From: Squalus acanthias
Lineage: Eukaryota
DNA: 64,000 nt
Assembly (NCBI GenBank): GCA_030390025.1
Contig: CM059432.1
Coordinates: 67,272,001 to 67,336,000 of the forward strand
Direction: 5' to 3'
A program made the position numbers and the translations under genes. A model generated the notes under the pieces. It ran no database searches. It had not been told where the DNA came from and worked only from the letters and a program-made list of their open reading frames with translations. Positions 37,641 to 50,624 of this stretch are shown piece after piece; within the stretch, counting starts at the first letter, position 1, and each line of letters opens with the position of its first letter.

Positions 37641-38221
37641 AAGGCCAGAATTTTTCCCTAAAAAAATGGGTAGATTTGGACCGTGGAGGCAGTTAAAGTG
37701 TTAAAAATGGGATTCCTGACCTGATTCCCGCCTCCAACCCACCCACTTCCGTTTTTAACAGAGGTGGGACGGGGGGCGGGACACCAACCCACTACCAGGG
37801 GGTGGAACATCAATTTAAATATTTTAATGAGGCTGCAAACCTCTTTTTTCACCTCCATTTTTAATTTAACTGCCTGTGGACGGTTTCACACAATTCATGA
37901 AACCCAGCTGTTAAACCGACTGCTGCATCCAGGAGGTAAATGGCTTTATACCTACCTCCTGGATCCAGGGTCCGTAACTAACCCACTCCTTGCGATCGGA
38001 GACCACATCACAAGGCCTCCGATATCACCTCCCCCAGGCCTCCGATCCCCACCATGAGGCCTCCCCCCGACTCTGCCGATGATGCTGAGGACGGCCACAA
38101 TCTGTCGGTGGATCCTCTCTCCCCCCGATACCCACCTGACACCCACCCCCCCCCCCTGTCGATCCACCGCGATCCCCGACCCCCCCACCGATCGCCAACC
38201 CCCTGCCGATCCTCCAACAGT

Positions 38222-39800
38222 AACAACAACAACAACAAGTTGTATTTATATAGCGCCTTTAACGTAGAAAAACGTCCCAAGGCGTTTCACAGGAGTATTA
38301 AAAGACAAAAAAATCTACACCGAGCCACATAAGGATAAATTAGGGCAGGTGACCAAAAGCTTGGTCAAAGAGGTAGGTTTTAAGGAGCGTCTTAAAGGAG
38401 GAAAGAGAGGTAACCAATGGACGTAGTGTATTTAGACTTCCAGAAGGCATTCGACAAGGTGCCACATAAAAGATTATTGCTCAAGATAAAAAATCACTGG
38501 ATTGGGGGTAATATTCTGGCATGGGTGGAGGATTGGTTATCTAACAGGAAGCAGAGAGTTGGGATAAATGGTTCATTCTCGGACTGGCAACCAGTAGCCA
38601 GTGGTGTTCCGCAGGGGTCGGTGCTGGGTCCCCAACTCTTTACAATCTATATTAACGATTTGGAGGAGGGGACAGAGTGTAACATATCAAAGTTTGCAGA
38701 TGATACAAAGATGGGAGGGAAAGTAGAGAGTGAGGAGGACATAAAAAACCTACAAGGGGATATAGACAAGCTGGGTGAGTGGGCAGAGATTTGGCAGATG
38801 CAATACAATATTGGAAAATGTGAGGTTATGCACTTTGGCAGGAAAAATCAGAGAGCAAGTTATTATCTTAATGGCGAGAAACTGGAAAGTACTGCAGTAC
38901 AAAGGGATCTGGGGGTCCTAGTGCAAGAAAATCAAAAAGTTAGTATACAGGTGCAGCAGGTGATCAAGAAGGCCAACGGAATGTTGGCTTTTATTGCTAG
39001 GGGGATAGATTATAAAAACAGGGAGGTATTGCTGCAGTTATATAAGGTATTGGTGAGACCGCATCTGGAATACTGCATACAGTTTTGGTGTCCATACTTA
39101 AGAAAAGACATACTTGCTCTCGAGGCAGTACAAAGAAGGTTCACTCGGTTAATCCCCGGGATGAGGGGGTTGACATATGAGGAGAGGTTGAGTAGATTGG
39201 GACTCTACTCATTGGAGTTCAGAAGAGTGAGAGGCGATCTTATTGAAACATATAAGATTGTGAAGGGGCTTGATCGGGTGGATGCGGTAAGGATGTTCCC
39301 AAGGATGGGTGAAACTAGAACTAGGGGGCATAACCTTAGAATAAGGGGCTGCTCTTTCAAAACTGAGATGAGGAGAAACTTCTTCACTCAGAGGGTAGTA
39401 GGTCTGTGGAATTTGCTGCCCCAGGAAGCTGTGGAAGCTACATCATTAAATAAATTTAAAACAGAAATAGACAGTTTCCTAGAAGTAAAGGGAATTAGGG
39501 GTTACGGGGAGCGGGCAGGAAATTGGACATGAGGCTGAGTTCGGATCGGTCGAGGCCCTGTGGGTGGCGTAGCGGGCCCAGGGGCTGAGTGGCCGGGTCC
39601 TGCTCCTACTTCTTGTGTTCTTTAGATTTGAGGTGAGGATCAGATCAGCCATGATCTTATTGAATGGCGGAGCAGGCTCGAAGGGCTGATTGGCCTACTC
39701 CTGCTCCTATTTCTTATGTTCTTATGTTCTTATGTAACGAGGCAGAGAGGTTTAGGCAGGGAATTCCAGAGCTTAGGGCCGACACAACAGAAGGCACGGC
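38222..39800 (-). mobile_element. L2 LINE 3' end split by a CR1 (38222-38410, 39737-39800)
   Basis: (AAC)n tail, AGTTGTATTTATATAGCGCCTTT; resumes GAGGCAGAGAGGTTTAGG. Confidence 0.8.
38411..39735 (+). mobile_element. Young 5'-truncated CR1 LINE with uninterrupted 371-aa RT C-terminal ORF (38417-39532)
   Basis: YLDFQKAFDKV, GVPQGSVLGP, KFADDTK, no stops; (TTCTTATG)3 tail. Confidence 0.95.
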
Positions 39801-40716
39801 AAAGCGCAACCTGTGGAGGAGCAGTGGATGACAGACCACAACTTCAGGATTTCCAAGTTAGGCTGCGCATGCGCTAAATTCTGAAGTTGCTGTCAGTTTC
39901 AAAGGAAAAATGACAGTGAACGCTGCCAGTTTGCCATCATCAGGACCAGAAATTCCAGGCCATTGTTCTAAAAACCTGTCATGAATATATTCTAGAAATG
40001 AATTGCCTTTACTACCTGAGCTGTTCTGCTCTCCCAGTCTATGTGAAAATTAAATTCACCCCATCACTGGTGGCCAGGCCTTCAGCTACCTATGCTCCTT
40101 ACTCTGGATATTCTTTCCTGAACCCCTCTACCTCTCCACCTCCCTCTCCTTTTTAGACCCTCTTGAAAACCCCCCTTTGACTAAGATTTTGGTCACCCAC
40201 TTGGAATCAATTTTTGATTACGCTTTTGTGACATGCCATTGTTAAAGGGGTTACAAGTTGTTGTTGTTGAAAACCAGTGAATATTGGGATAGCCCCAACT
40301 CCATGGCTGTCTTCCCACTGATAGAAAGCAAAATAAAACAACAGAATTGGAATTTACCAACACAGTGGATGTGCAGGTTAAACTCCTCAGCAGGAGCGTT
40401 GGGAACAACCAAAAAAACATGATCTCATGTGTGAAGGTTGATAGATCATGAAACAGAGAGAGAAAGAGCAAATGGAGACGTTTTCGGCATAGGCCTCAAG
40501 CACAGAGAGAAAAATAATTTAGCTTCTGCATATCATTTAACCTGTAAACAAATCTGACCAAGTAGGTTTAGCATGTACATTATTGGTCTGATAGTGTGAT
40601 ATTATCTGTGGTGTTTGTGGTGCTGAAAAGTTTGCCTTTTTCTTTTGTTCAAGTTGAGACTGAGGTTAATTTTTGTACCACCATTTGACTTTTGCCAATT
40701 GAAAAGATGATACATA

Positions 40717-43095
40717 GGGTTCGATTTTGCCAGGCCCGAGGAGGCGGAATTGGAGGCATGTGAGGTGTTAAAATGGCAAAAAATGGCGCGTGGGCCCGAT
40801 CCCACCTCCATCCCACCTCCGAGCAATTTTCCCAGAATCGGGGTTTCAGATCCTGTTTCCATCCCGCCTCCAAGAGGCAGGATAGACCCTTAAGGCCCTT
40901 AACAACCACTTAATTGCCTCTATAATCCAATTTTGAGAGGCCTTTCTGATTTTTAGACATTTCCCCCATCCTACACGCCTCCTCTGGAACACACCAGGTA
41001 ATCCTGGCGACTTCACAAGTGGATTGCTTAGTAACAGCTGCAGTCCCACCATTAAAAAGGAGTTTTCAGCAATCATCATTTGCAGGTGGCAGAACTTTGT
41101 TGTCTCAGGTCTGGGGGAATTTTTAGCAGGCCTACTCATTGTTGTGGAAGTTTGTAGCCTGAGACCCAGCTCCAGTGTGACCTCCTGGGAAACCCCTCTC
41201 CCCACCTTGACTGAGCGCTTCCTCAACTGAGGTATATAGCAGAAGCATGGGAACCATTTATTTCCTTTCCTCCTGGACATCAGATTTGGACGAAGACCAG
41301 CCGCAGCAGCAGCAGAACCCCGAACAACAGCAGCACCAACAGCAGGAGCAACAACAGGAGCGCCAAGCTGCTGCTCACCCACCTGAAACTGCACAGGCCA
41401 GAGGGCGCCAGAGCGCGCCCACATTGCTGCCTGGGATGCAAAGGACGCACTCATGTTGGCCAGATTTGCTTAGCTTGCACAATCAAACACTTTTGCCTCA
41501 CACCTTCTTACCAGAGCATCGACAATGGACAAGAACCTATGGATTCCTATCACTCTGACCACCATACTGACAATTGCAAGTCGCCCTAAGCCCTCAATGT
41601 GAAAGTCCCATTTGTGAAATGACACAGGCCACAACTTCAACAGTTTGCCATCAAATCTGTTTATGATACCATGACAAGGATGGCTGGTCCAAATACAATA
41701 CATCACAGCACCCAAGTGACTACCCTTGTGACTACTTGTGCATTATCTTCCTCTTACGTGTGCTCCTACGTGGTGCTTCCCCTGTGGCTTCAGCAGATGT
41801 GGAGGCCCCTTGCTCACTTTCTTGCTGCTCCTGTCTCGACGCCTTTGGCGGGCGTCCTCTGGGGTTGCGAACCTGTGAGGGTTCAGCATCAGTCTGTTGT
41901 TCCTGCGACTGTGCAGGGGCTGAGACGCCCATCTCAGTTGCGTGAGGACTCTGGTGGGGCTCTGACCGAGGGCTTTGGAGTGGCATGGTCGTGTGAGCGC
42001 TTGGAGAGGAGTCCCCACTTCCTTGTTGTCTGCCCCTCTCATGGGTCAGCCCCACCTCAGAGCTAGCAAGTGGCTTGACAGCACCTTGCTGCACTTCAGG
42101 GGGGCCATGAGGACCCATTTCTGCACTGGAAGTCCTACTCCAGAGGACTTCCATGAAGGTCTGGTTTCTATGCTCAATAGCTGACCATCGCTCCTGAAGA
42201 GATGTCATTCTATTCTGAACAATGACCATGTTTTCAAGACCCTGGCAACTAAGCTCCTCTATGGCCATAGCCATCCTCTCCTCTACTGTAGCCATCCTCT
42301 CCTCTACGGTAGCCAGCCTTACCACGGAGTTAGCCATCCTTTCCACGGAGGTTGCCATCCTTTCCGCGGTGATGCGATCATCCGCCAATGCCTCCACAAA
42401 ACTCTGCTCATGTTCGCGATGGACTCCTCCATTCGCTCCACACTCACAGCGACCCTGGAGACAAAGCCTTCCAGAGACTCCTGCATCTGTTCCTGGAGTT
42501 CCAGCACCGCTCTCATTCTGAATGGACCCAGAGGCACAGGGTCGACATGCAGCTGAGCCGAGCTGGCAGAGTCCTGCGCCCTCCGACGAGGACTCTCCAC
42601 TGCTGTCCCTGTCTCCACCATCTGCTGATGCTCACTTGTGAGCTGTGATACACCAGGTGCAAACACTACTCTATCTCGCGAAGGTCCCACCGAGGTGTGA
42701 GTGTCTGCGCTGGTGCTGGGTGCGCTGAATTCTGCTGATGCTGTGCCCTCAGAGGTTGCAGCTTCCTCTGAGGAACCTGGTAGCTCAGGCTCTTCCTCCT
42801 GGACAATGGGGACGGGGGCTTTTGATGGTCCTGTGGAGGAGTAAAGGAAAGAGTTAGAGATGTGAGTTCAAGGTTACATGCACATTGAATAGTGCAGATG
42901 ATTATAAGTCAATCTGTTAGAGCATCAGATTCATTATCAGTGACTCATGCAATGTCAATGAGAAAGATGCCAATCTATTCTGTCACCAGCTTGCTGTGAT
43001 GCGCCCGTCTGTCCGTCCCCCACTTGGGAATCCTCCTCAATCCCGGCGATTTCCAGGGCCACCTCCTCCCAGGCGGTGAGCTGGGCTACTGAGGG
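40717..43095. mobile_element. Harbinger transposon (group of 53273-57460, inverted); transposase internally deleted and Myb-side end lost
   Basis: TIR GGGTTCGATTTTGCC; transposase start MGTIYFLSSWTSD..QQQQ at 41247, truncated ~41420; Myb exon 2 part 43095-42987 and exon 3 42830-41732 (-) with one frameshift near 42400. Confidence 0.88.
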
Positions 43096-44270
43096 TTCCT
43101 TTCTATCTACCCTATCTGTGACCCTCATAATTTTGTACACCTCAATCAGGTCCCCCCTCAGCCTTCTCTGCTCTAAGGAAAACAACCCCAGCCTGTCCAG
43201 TCTCTCTTCATAGCTGAAGCGCTCCAGCCCAGGTAACATCCTGGTGAATCTCCTCTGCACCCTCTCCAATGCAATCACATCCTTCCTATAGTGTGGCGAC
43301 CAGAACGGTATACAGTATTCCAGCTGTGGCCTAACTAGCGTTTTGTACAGCTCCATCATAACCTCCTTGCTATTATATTCTATGCCTCGGCTAATGAAGG
43401 CAAGTATCCCATATGCCTTTTTAACCACCTTATCTACCTGTCCTGCTGCCTTCAGGGATCTATGTACATGCACACCATGGTCCCTCTGATCCTCTGTCCT
43501 TCCTAGGGTCCTACCATTCATTGTGTATTCCCTTGCCTTGTTAGTCCTCCCAAAATGCATCACCTCACACTTTTCAGGGTTAAATTCCATTTGCCACTGT
43601 TCTGCCCATCTAACCAACCCGTCTATATCGTCCTGTAGCCTGAGGCTTCCCTCCTCGCTATTTACCACTCCACCAATTTTCGTGTCATCTGCGAACTTAC
43701 TGATCATACCTCCTACATTCATATCTAATTACTTAATATTAATGTACACTACAAACAGCAAAGGACCGAGCACCGATCCCTGCGGTACACCACTGGACAC
43801 AGGCTTCCAGTCACAAAAACAAACTTCGACCATCACCCTCTGCCTCCTGCCACTAATCCAATTTTGGATCCAACGTGCCAAATTGCCCTGGATCCCATGG
43901 GCTCTTATCTTCTTTATCAGTCTCCCATGTGGGACTTTGTCAAAAGCCTTACTGAAGTCCATGTAGACTACATCAACTGCACTACCCTCATCCACACACC
44001 TCGTCACCCCCTCGAAAAATTCAATCAAATTGGTCAGACATGATCTCCCCCTGACAAAGCCATGCTGACTATCCCTGATTAATCCCCTGCCTCTCCAAGT
44101 GGAGACTAATTCTGTCCCTCAGAATTTTTTCCAATAATTTCCCCACCACTGATGTTAGGCTCACTGGCCTGTAATTCCCTGGTTTATCCCTACTACCCTT
44201 CTTGAACAATGGTACTACGTTAGCTGTTCTCCAGTCCTCTGGCACCTCCCCTGTGGCTAGAGAGGTTCTG
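43096..44270 (-). mobile_element. CR1 LINE RT fragment lacking its 3' end
   Basis: WRTANVVPLFKKG; YMDFSKAFDKV; QGSVLGP; KFADDTK. Confidence 0.93.
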
Positions 44271-45326
44271 AAAAGGAACTGCCCCATTATCCTCTATTAA
44301 TCTAAATGGAGGAAAATCAGGCGGGTTCCTTTACAGACGTGTACTCTGACCCACCTGATTTTCTTATATTCCCTTTGCCAGGCAGTCTAGTGTGTCCAGG
44401 TGTAGACCCAAGGATATCTCTCCTAGAGTGTAAAGGAGTGACTGTGTTTTGTTATTTTGTTCGATGTGTACAGTTTAAAGAAAAATCTTATTAAACTGAA
44501 CCATGATAAACAGGTGTTTTTGTATTTATTTTTTAAGGTATAAAATAGTTGGAGTAAATTTGATTTAAAAATAGCTTCGGCTTCTTGCATCTCTTTGAAG
44601 ACCCTACTGTTCTATGACCATAGACTGTAACAACTGCATGAATCAGATCTGGTCAGTGTATTCAGTGTAATATGTTTGGCCTAAATGGGTTTTGCTTGTT
44701 TGTTTCAATGATTTGTTCATAAACCAATAAAAGTTGAGCAGTGGCTGGAACGCACTTATTTGAAGTGCTAACATCTGTGGATTGACAGACAGTGAAATAA
44801 ATGATTTTAATCTCTCTGGCTGCTAAACAATTAAGGAAAATGAATAGAGAAAGTAGGAAGGATCCATCTCATCTTGCAAAATTGGTAAATTCTCAGTCTG
44901 TTGAGGTCAAAGAAATGGTTATAACATGTAAGATATATAAGAGCAATATAAGACATGTAAGAGCTATAAATCATAGCTCTGGTTGTTCAGCTTTACTATT
45001 GACAAGAGATTTAGGCTTAGAAATTGGATAAGGCCCGAAAACAGGCGGGGCACTGCCCAGCGCTATTTGCCTGCACCTCTTCTAAGTGGTGCAGGCAGCA
45101 CGCAAAATTTGTGCTGCCTGCTCATTACCATGATTGCAGCGCTGATCTCAGTGCTAAACACGCTGCTGATTGGCTTAGTGCTCAGTGGGGGGGGGGGGGG
45201 TGCGGAGGTGGGAGGCAATATTGGGTGCAGTCTCCTGGCCAATAAAGTTTGGCCTAGACTCTTTCCACTACTTAAAGGGGAGGTGCTTTGTTGCAGAAGC
45301 ACCTCATTGTCAGATGAGAAGAAGGA

Positions 45327-47204
45327 ATGGCGCAACAGACTAGAGAAAGGGTGAAACAGTTCTCGGATGCTGCAGTGGAGGCCTTGGTCCTTGGGGTAGA
45401 ACGTTGACGAGCTGTCCTTTACTCGTAGGGTGGCAAGAGGCCATCAAAGGATTTGGGCGGAAATCGCACAATCCATCATTGCAATGAGTGTTGTCCCCAG
45501 GACATGGATCCTGTGCAAGAAAAAAGTTTAATGTCCTCACACGGCAGGTCAAGGTGAGTGAAGGCGTCACCAAATGCCATATCACACCATCTGCAACACA
45601 AGCTTCACACACTGCTGAATGCGCCACACCCCCATCAATCACCTACCAACAATCTCTAGCTATCACAACTCATACCTCACAATCATGGTTTCACTTCACC
45701 CTCACACACTTACCACTGCTGCAACACCCACACCCAAATCTTACACCGTGAACACACTGACAGCTATTCAACCATGGCAAGCACATCACCCAAACACGTT
45801 GCACTACACTAACTGACACACTTTGCTTTCTCTTTCAGGTAAAGTTGGCAAACAACCGGCGCAAACAACAACAGATGGGAGGCGGCCAAGCGAGGATTCA
45901 TACTCTGATGGACTTGGAGAAATCAGTGTTCCAAATTATTGGACGGGCAGTGACGGAGTCTGTGGCGAGCGGAGAAGTTGATAGCATTGCTGATGATGAC
46001 GGTATGCTCATACCTAATTCTTCTCACATCCCACTTCCCCCTCATCCCACAATCCTTTCACACTTACAAGCTGCTGATGGTATATGCATGAATATCTTGC
46101 TTACCCCCACTCTCCTCACTACAACCCAACCCTTGTGCCTTTCTGCTTTCAGATACCCAAGATCTGCCACCAGCACAGCCTGTCCTTCAACATCATGAAC
46201 AAACTGATGAAGGCGAAGAAAAAGAAGAGACACCGGTACTGCATCTGACACTAGCAGACACCAGCTCAGAAAATGGCACTGCACTGACTTTGGAGAGTAG
46301 TATAGAGGCGGGTTCTGCATGTGGTAAGTCACCGGGCATGAATAGGCTGCAGCCAGGTCAGGGGGAAAGGGTAGCTCTGGTGCCAGCTCCTCGGAGGGTG
46401 AGTTCGTGCATGAATTCAGCTCCACAGGGCTCAGATGATGACCTCGATGGGGCGGCCTTCAGAAGAAGGGTGATGGGCATGCACACAGAAATACTTGGTC
46501 CAATGGCAAGCCTGCTGAAGAGCTTATTGTCAGTGTCAAGGAGCATGGAGGAGTCCGGCTCCAACATTGGATGGGGCTTTGTGCAGAGCTTGGAGCCCAT
46601 GATTTCCAGGATGGAAATGATGGACAACACCAGGAGAGATCTTGTGGACCCATAAATGATGCTGAGTGTGATGGATGATCTCGCAGCTTCCATTGCAGCA
46701 CAGGCGGAAGCGACCCAACATATCACTGCTGCAGTTGAAGCTCAGATTTCTGCCATTGTTGCTGAGTTTACGAGTCTCAAAAGGAGCTTGCAGGGCGTTG
46801 CAGCAGGGCAGCAATCTGTCCTCCAACAGATTGTTAGGAATGCAGAGGCGCCGCCCCAGGAGAGTGGCAGTAGATCCTTGGAGCAAGAACCTACTGTCCT
46901 CTCTCAGGATGACAGCATTCGTACTCCCACCACTGCGACTCCGCCATTGCCCTTGCTGCTGCCTAACAGCTAGCCAGCCCAGACTGCTGCCACACATGCA
47001 GAGGTGGTGCAGTCTACAGCCGGGCCTTCTAGGTCCAGAGCTGATCGTGGTCGTCCTGCAAGGCCATCTGTAGTCACCCCAACTGAGAGTCAGCAGCCTT
47101 CCACCTGCCATGCTGCAGCCACTGGGGGAGCACTTCGTAGGAGCACTAGACTCCGAAAAGGCACACGAAACACAGACACTAAAGGAATGTACAAGGGTGA
47201 GTAG
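45327..47204 (+). pseudogene. Harbinger Myb/SANT-like gene; exons 45327-45553, 45839-46001, 46153-47204
   Basis: RERVKQFSDAAVEALV...CKKKFNVLTRQVK|VKLANNRRKQQQMGGG; canonical splice sites; several stops. Confidence 0.85.
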
Positions 47205-47374
47205 TTGATATTGTCATTTTGATTTGAATTTGATAAATTTATGAATTTTGTCTGGAATTTGTGTTTTGTGGTGGCTCTCATTTCAACTTTGTGCCCAGGA
47301 GGGCGTCGTGATGTTCTGTGACAGAGGGGTGGTCTGATGGGGAAGTAGTGAGCAATGGGGATCCGGGGTTTCAT

Positions 47375-48555
47375 TCACTCGAATCGGAGTCTGATGAGGC
47401 ACTCACGGACAACCTGTTGGGAACGGGGATGTGCTGCCTGCCTCCTCCCTTCCTCCTCCTCATCTTCCTGTTCCTCTTCCTCCTCCTCCTCCTCCACCTC
47501 CTCCTCTTCCTCCTCCAGCTCCTTCTCCTTCGACTCCTCCTGAGGTGGTCCTGCAACCCCTAGTGGCTACACCTTTGTGATGGCCAGGTTATGGAGCATG
47601 CAGCAGACCACAACGAAATGGGACACCCACTCCGGCGTGTACTGGAGGGCTCCTCCCGAATGGTCAATGCAGCAGAATCATTGTTTCAGCACCCTGATGC
47701 TTTGCTCAATGACGTTCCTTGTGGCAGCATGCCTGTCATTATATGAGTGCTGGCCACGAGTGGTGGGGCTGCAGAGGGGAGTCATGAGCCAGGTGCAGAG
47801 CGGAAAACCCTTGTCTCTGAGCAGCCACCCTCAGGTTTGACGTGGTGGCTGGAAGATTGCAGGCACACCGGACTGGTGCAGGATGAAGGCATCATGACTG
47901 CTGCCAGGATAGCGGCCATTCACCATCATGATGTGCTGGGCGTAGCCACACACCAACTGCACATTAAGAGAGTGGTAGCCTTTGTGGTTACGGAACATCT
48001 CAGGATTGTTACACGGTGCTTGTAAAGCCACGTGTGTGCAGTTGATGGCGCCCTGCACCATGGGGAAGCCCGCTATCCTGGCAAAGCCACATGTGCGCTT
48101 GCCTGCTTCTCTCTTGTCAGAGAGAAGACAAGGAAATTCCTTCTCCTGGAGCCTCTGTGACCACCTGGATGCAGCGATGGACGGCGAACTGTGCAATGTT
48201 AGCAATGTCTCCTGCTGCAGACTGGAAGGATTTGCTGGCGAGAAAATTGAGGGCCACGGTGACCTTGAGGGCCACTGGGAGAGCCGTGCTTGCCCTGCTC
48301 TGAGGCTGCAGGTATGGTTGCTGGAGGTGGCAGAGTTTTGTGACCACCTCCTTGGTGAAGCAGAGCCTCCTAATACACTGCTCCTAGCTTAATTGCAGGT
48401 AGGAGAAGTGCTCTCGGAAGACACTAGGTGGGTAAGGCATCCTGCTGAGAGCCCTCCTAACCCTCCTCCTCCTCCCTCTGCGAGCATCTTCGCTGGCTCT
48501 GCTCCATCTCCTTATGATACTTGAGTGTGAAGTGGCCTGCAAGTAGAGCCCCCAT
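47375..48555 (-). pseudogene. Harbinger DDE transposase, frameshifted
   Basis: KVTVALNF; GFPMVQGAINCTH; KGYHSLNVQ; GSSHDAFIL; long poly-Glu tract 47445-47545. Confidence 0.9.
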
Positions 48556-50624
48556 GACTGAACAAGTGGTGTGAGCAGAAGCCTTTAAATGAGAATCAAG
48601 GCATTCTCCACTTGCTGCAACACTCCCTGTGACCTTACAAACTTTAAATAACTGCAGAAAGCTCCAAAGAGTTGCAGAAACTTAGACAGAGCCAGTAGAA
48701 CTGAAAAAGCATGTCAGCTGCAAGTTGTTTCTGATCCCTTTAAATAGTGCTGCTGGGGCTCCTTCCTGCTGCTGAATGCTTGGTCAGCTGGTCGTAATTA
48801 GGAGAAGACATTAAAATGAGCGGCGACATCGAAAATGTCAGATCGTGCATCAAATCAGCGTTGCACACTCATTGACATCACAGTCTGCCTAATCTAAATA
48901 TCTGGAGTGAGCACTGGCAATGGCAGCGTTACCAACCTCCCCAAAATGGTGGCCACCTTGGGATCCACTGGAAGCGGGCGGAAGCGAGTTGGCCGCCAAT
49001 TTTTCTTCAAAATGGGCCTTAACGGCCGGCACTAAACTCCCAAAATTCTAGGCCTTAAACTGCACGGTTGAAAAATATCTGCTCTCTCGTTTACAGCATT
49101 GCATCTTGGATGTTTACCAAGAGACAAACCTGTCCGTTTTATCCAAAAGTCCTGTTGATTATCCACCGCTGCATGAAATCCATTCTAAGCCCTATTAACC
49201 TCTTGCAAACTGATTCTAATTTTATTGTTTTTTAAAGTATTGCACTGTCCTTAGTATCTTGCTGTATCATTTAACTTCTGCGTATCATTTAACCCTCAAA
49301 CAAATCAGACCAAGTAAGTTTAGCAAGTTGCGCTGATAGCATGATATTTTCGACCATTTGTGGTGGGTGTCCCAGATGTTCTCTAGTGAGCAATAAACCA
49401 TACATAGCAGTTACAGTTTGGGCTTTATTTCATGGTTGCAAGGTGGTTTCCATTCGCAGCCTGAGTCTTCCATCAACTCAAATTTATGCTGTTATACTTG
49501 CAATGTATGAGTTAGTGGGTCTGGATTTAACAATTCACCTGTAATTGTGGTATACTGCTTATTGGAGATATTGCTCAGTGGAGATCAAATGGGAAGGGAC
49601 TCAGAAGAAGGTGTTAATCCTGTTCTCCTATCTTTTCTGAAAGGCAGAAAATACCATTTTTGACTAAACTGATCCACAGTCAGAAAGTTAGTCATGATCC
49701 TGGCCTTTCAACAATTGCACACGCACAGCTATTTTTGTTGTCACAGTGCTCTGGAATCTGAAGTGTAAAAGGAGTTATTTATATTCAGAGGATGAATAGC
49801 TGAAAAAAACAGAATAATTTCAAGTAAAAGCAGTTCAATGCCATACAGGGCACAATTAGTGCTAATAGATCACTTTCAGAGCACAAGTAAGGCTTGAGTA
49901 GCCTCACTTCCTAATAGCATTTCCTGAATCTTGTTGCTGTAGGAACCAAACTAGGAGAAAGCAGTGTTATAAAGTGGAGGGCTGAGAGGGCGGACCAAGC
50001 CACATAATTAGTGGGAGGGGTCTCTGAAGCAATTGCGGCAGGAAAGGGAACTCAATGCTTGTTAACTCTCCCCAGTTAATCTTGTTACCCACCTCCAACC
50101 ATTTTGCTGAACAAAAAAGATGTTAAGAAAAAAGTAATAGAGTAGAATACGTTGCAAAAGAACATTTCTGAAAGTCATAGAGAGAGAGATTGGGAGAAAT
50201 CCAGAAGAGTAGAGCAAGAGAAAATTATACAAAAAGAATGAGGAAAAGAGTCAGCAACAAACAGAAAACATGATATGACAGTGAGAAGCGTATGTGCCAT
50301 ACAGAGAGACAAATGAGTAGAAGACAAAGAGAGCAACATGAAGAATTAGAGAGTAAAAACAAATGAACGAGTGGCAATTGCAGGAATAGGAGCAATCAAT
50401 TTTCCTCTGTGAACAACTCCGATGCAGCTCGCCGATTGGGCCCAGAACACGATCGGCTGGATCAGATGCTGGCAGCAGCCCTCAGGTAGGTCCTGGGTGG
50501 GGAAGGGAGACAAACAGGAGGTGGGTGGGTGCGGGCTGGCAGCGGCCCACAGTAGTTGTGTGGAGTACTTCTGCTCCTCCTGGCTCCACATTAGGTAAGT
50601 AAAAAAAAAGCTTTCCTACCTTTT

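Larger units (their letters stand above)
37643..39961. mobile_element. MITE sequence(s) hosting nested L2 and CR1 insertions
   Basis: Left end GGCCAGAATTTTTCC (37643), right end GAAATTCCAGGCCC (39961); 39840-39915 resembles 7138-7215. The two halves may be different elements. Confidence 0.5.
45014..49054. mobile_element. Full-length PIF/Harbinger transposon (4041 bp), decayed
   Basis: TIRs GGCTTAGAAATT / AAATTCTAGGCC; TTA TSD both sides; convergent Myb-like and transposase genes. Confidence 0.93.

Noticed and set aside
50100..50400. Purine-rich segment as a coding exon
   Set aside because: Low-complexity AG-rich DNA with stops and no convincing splice sites
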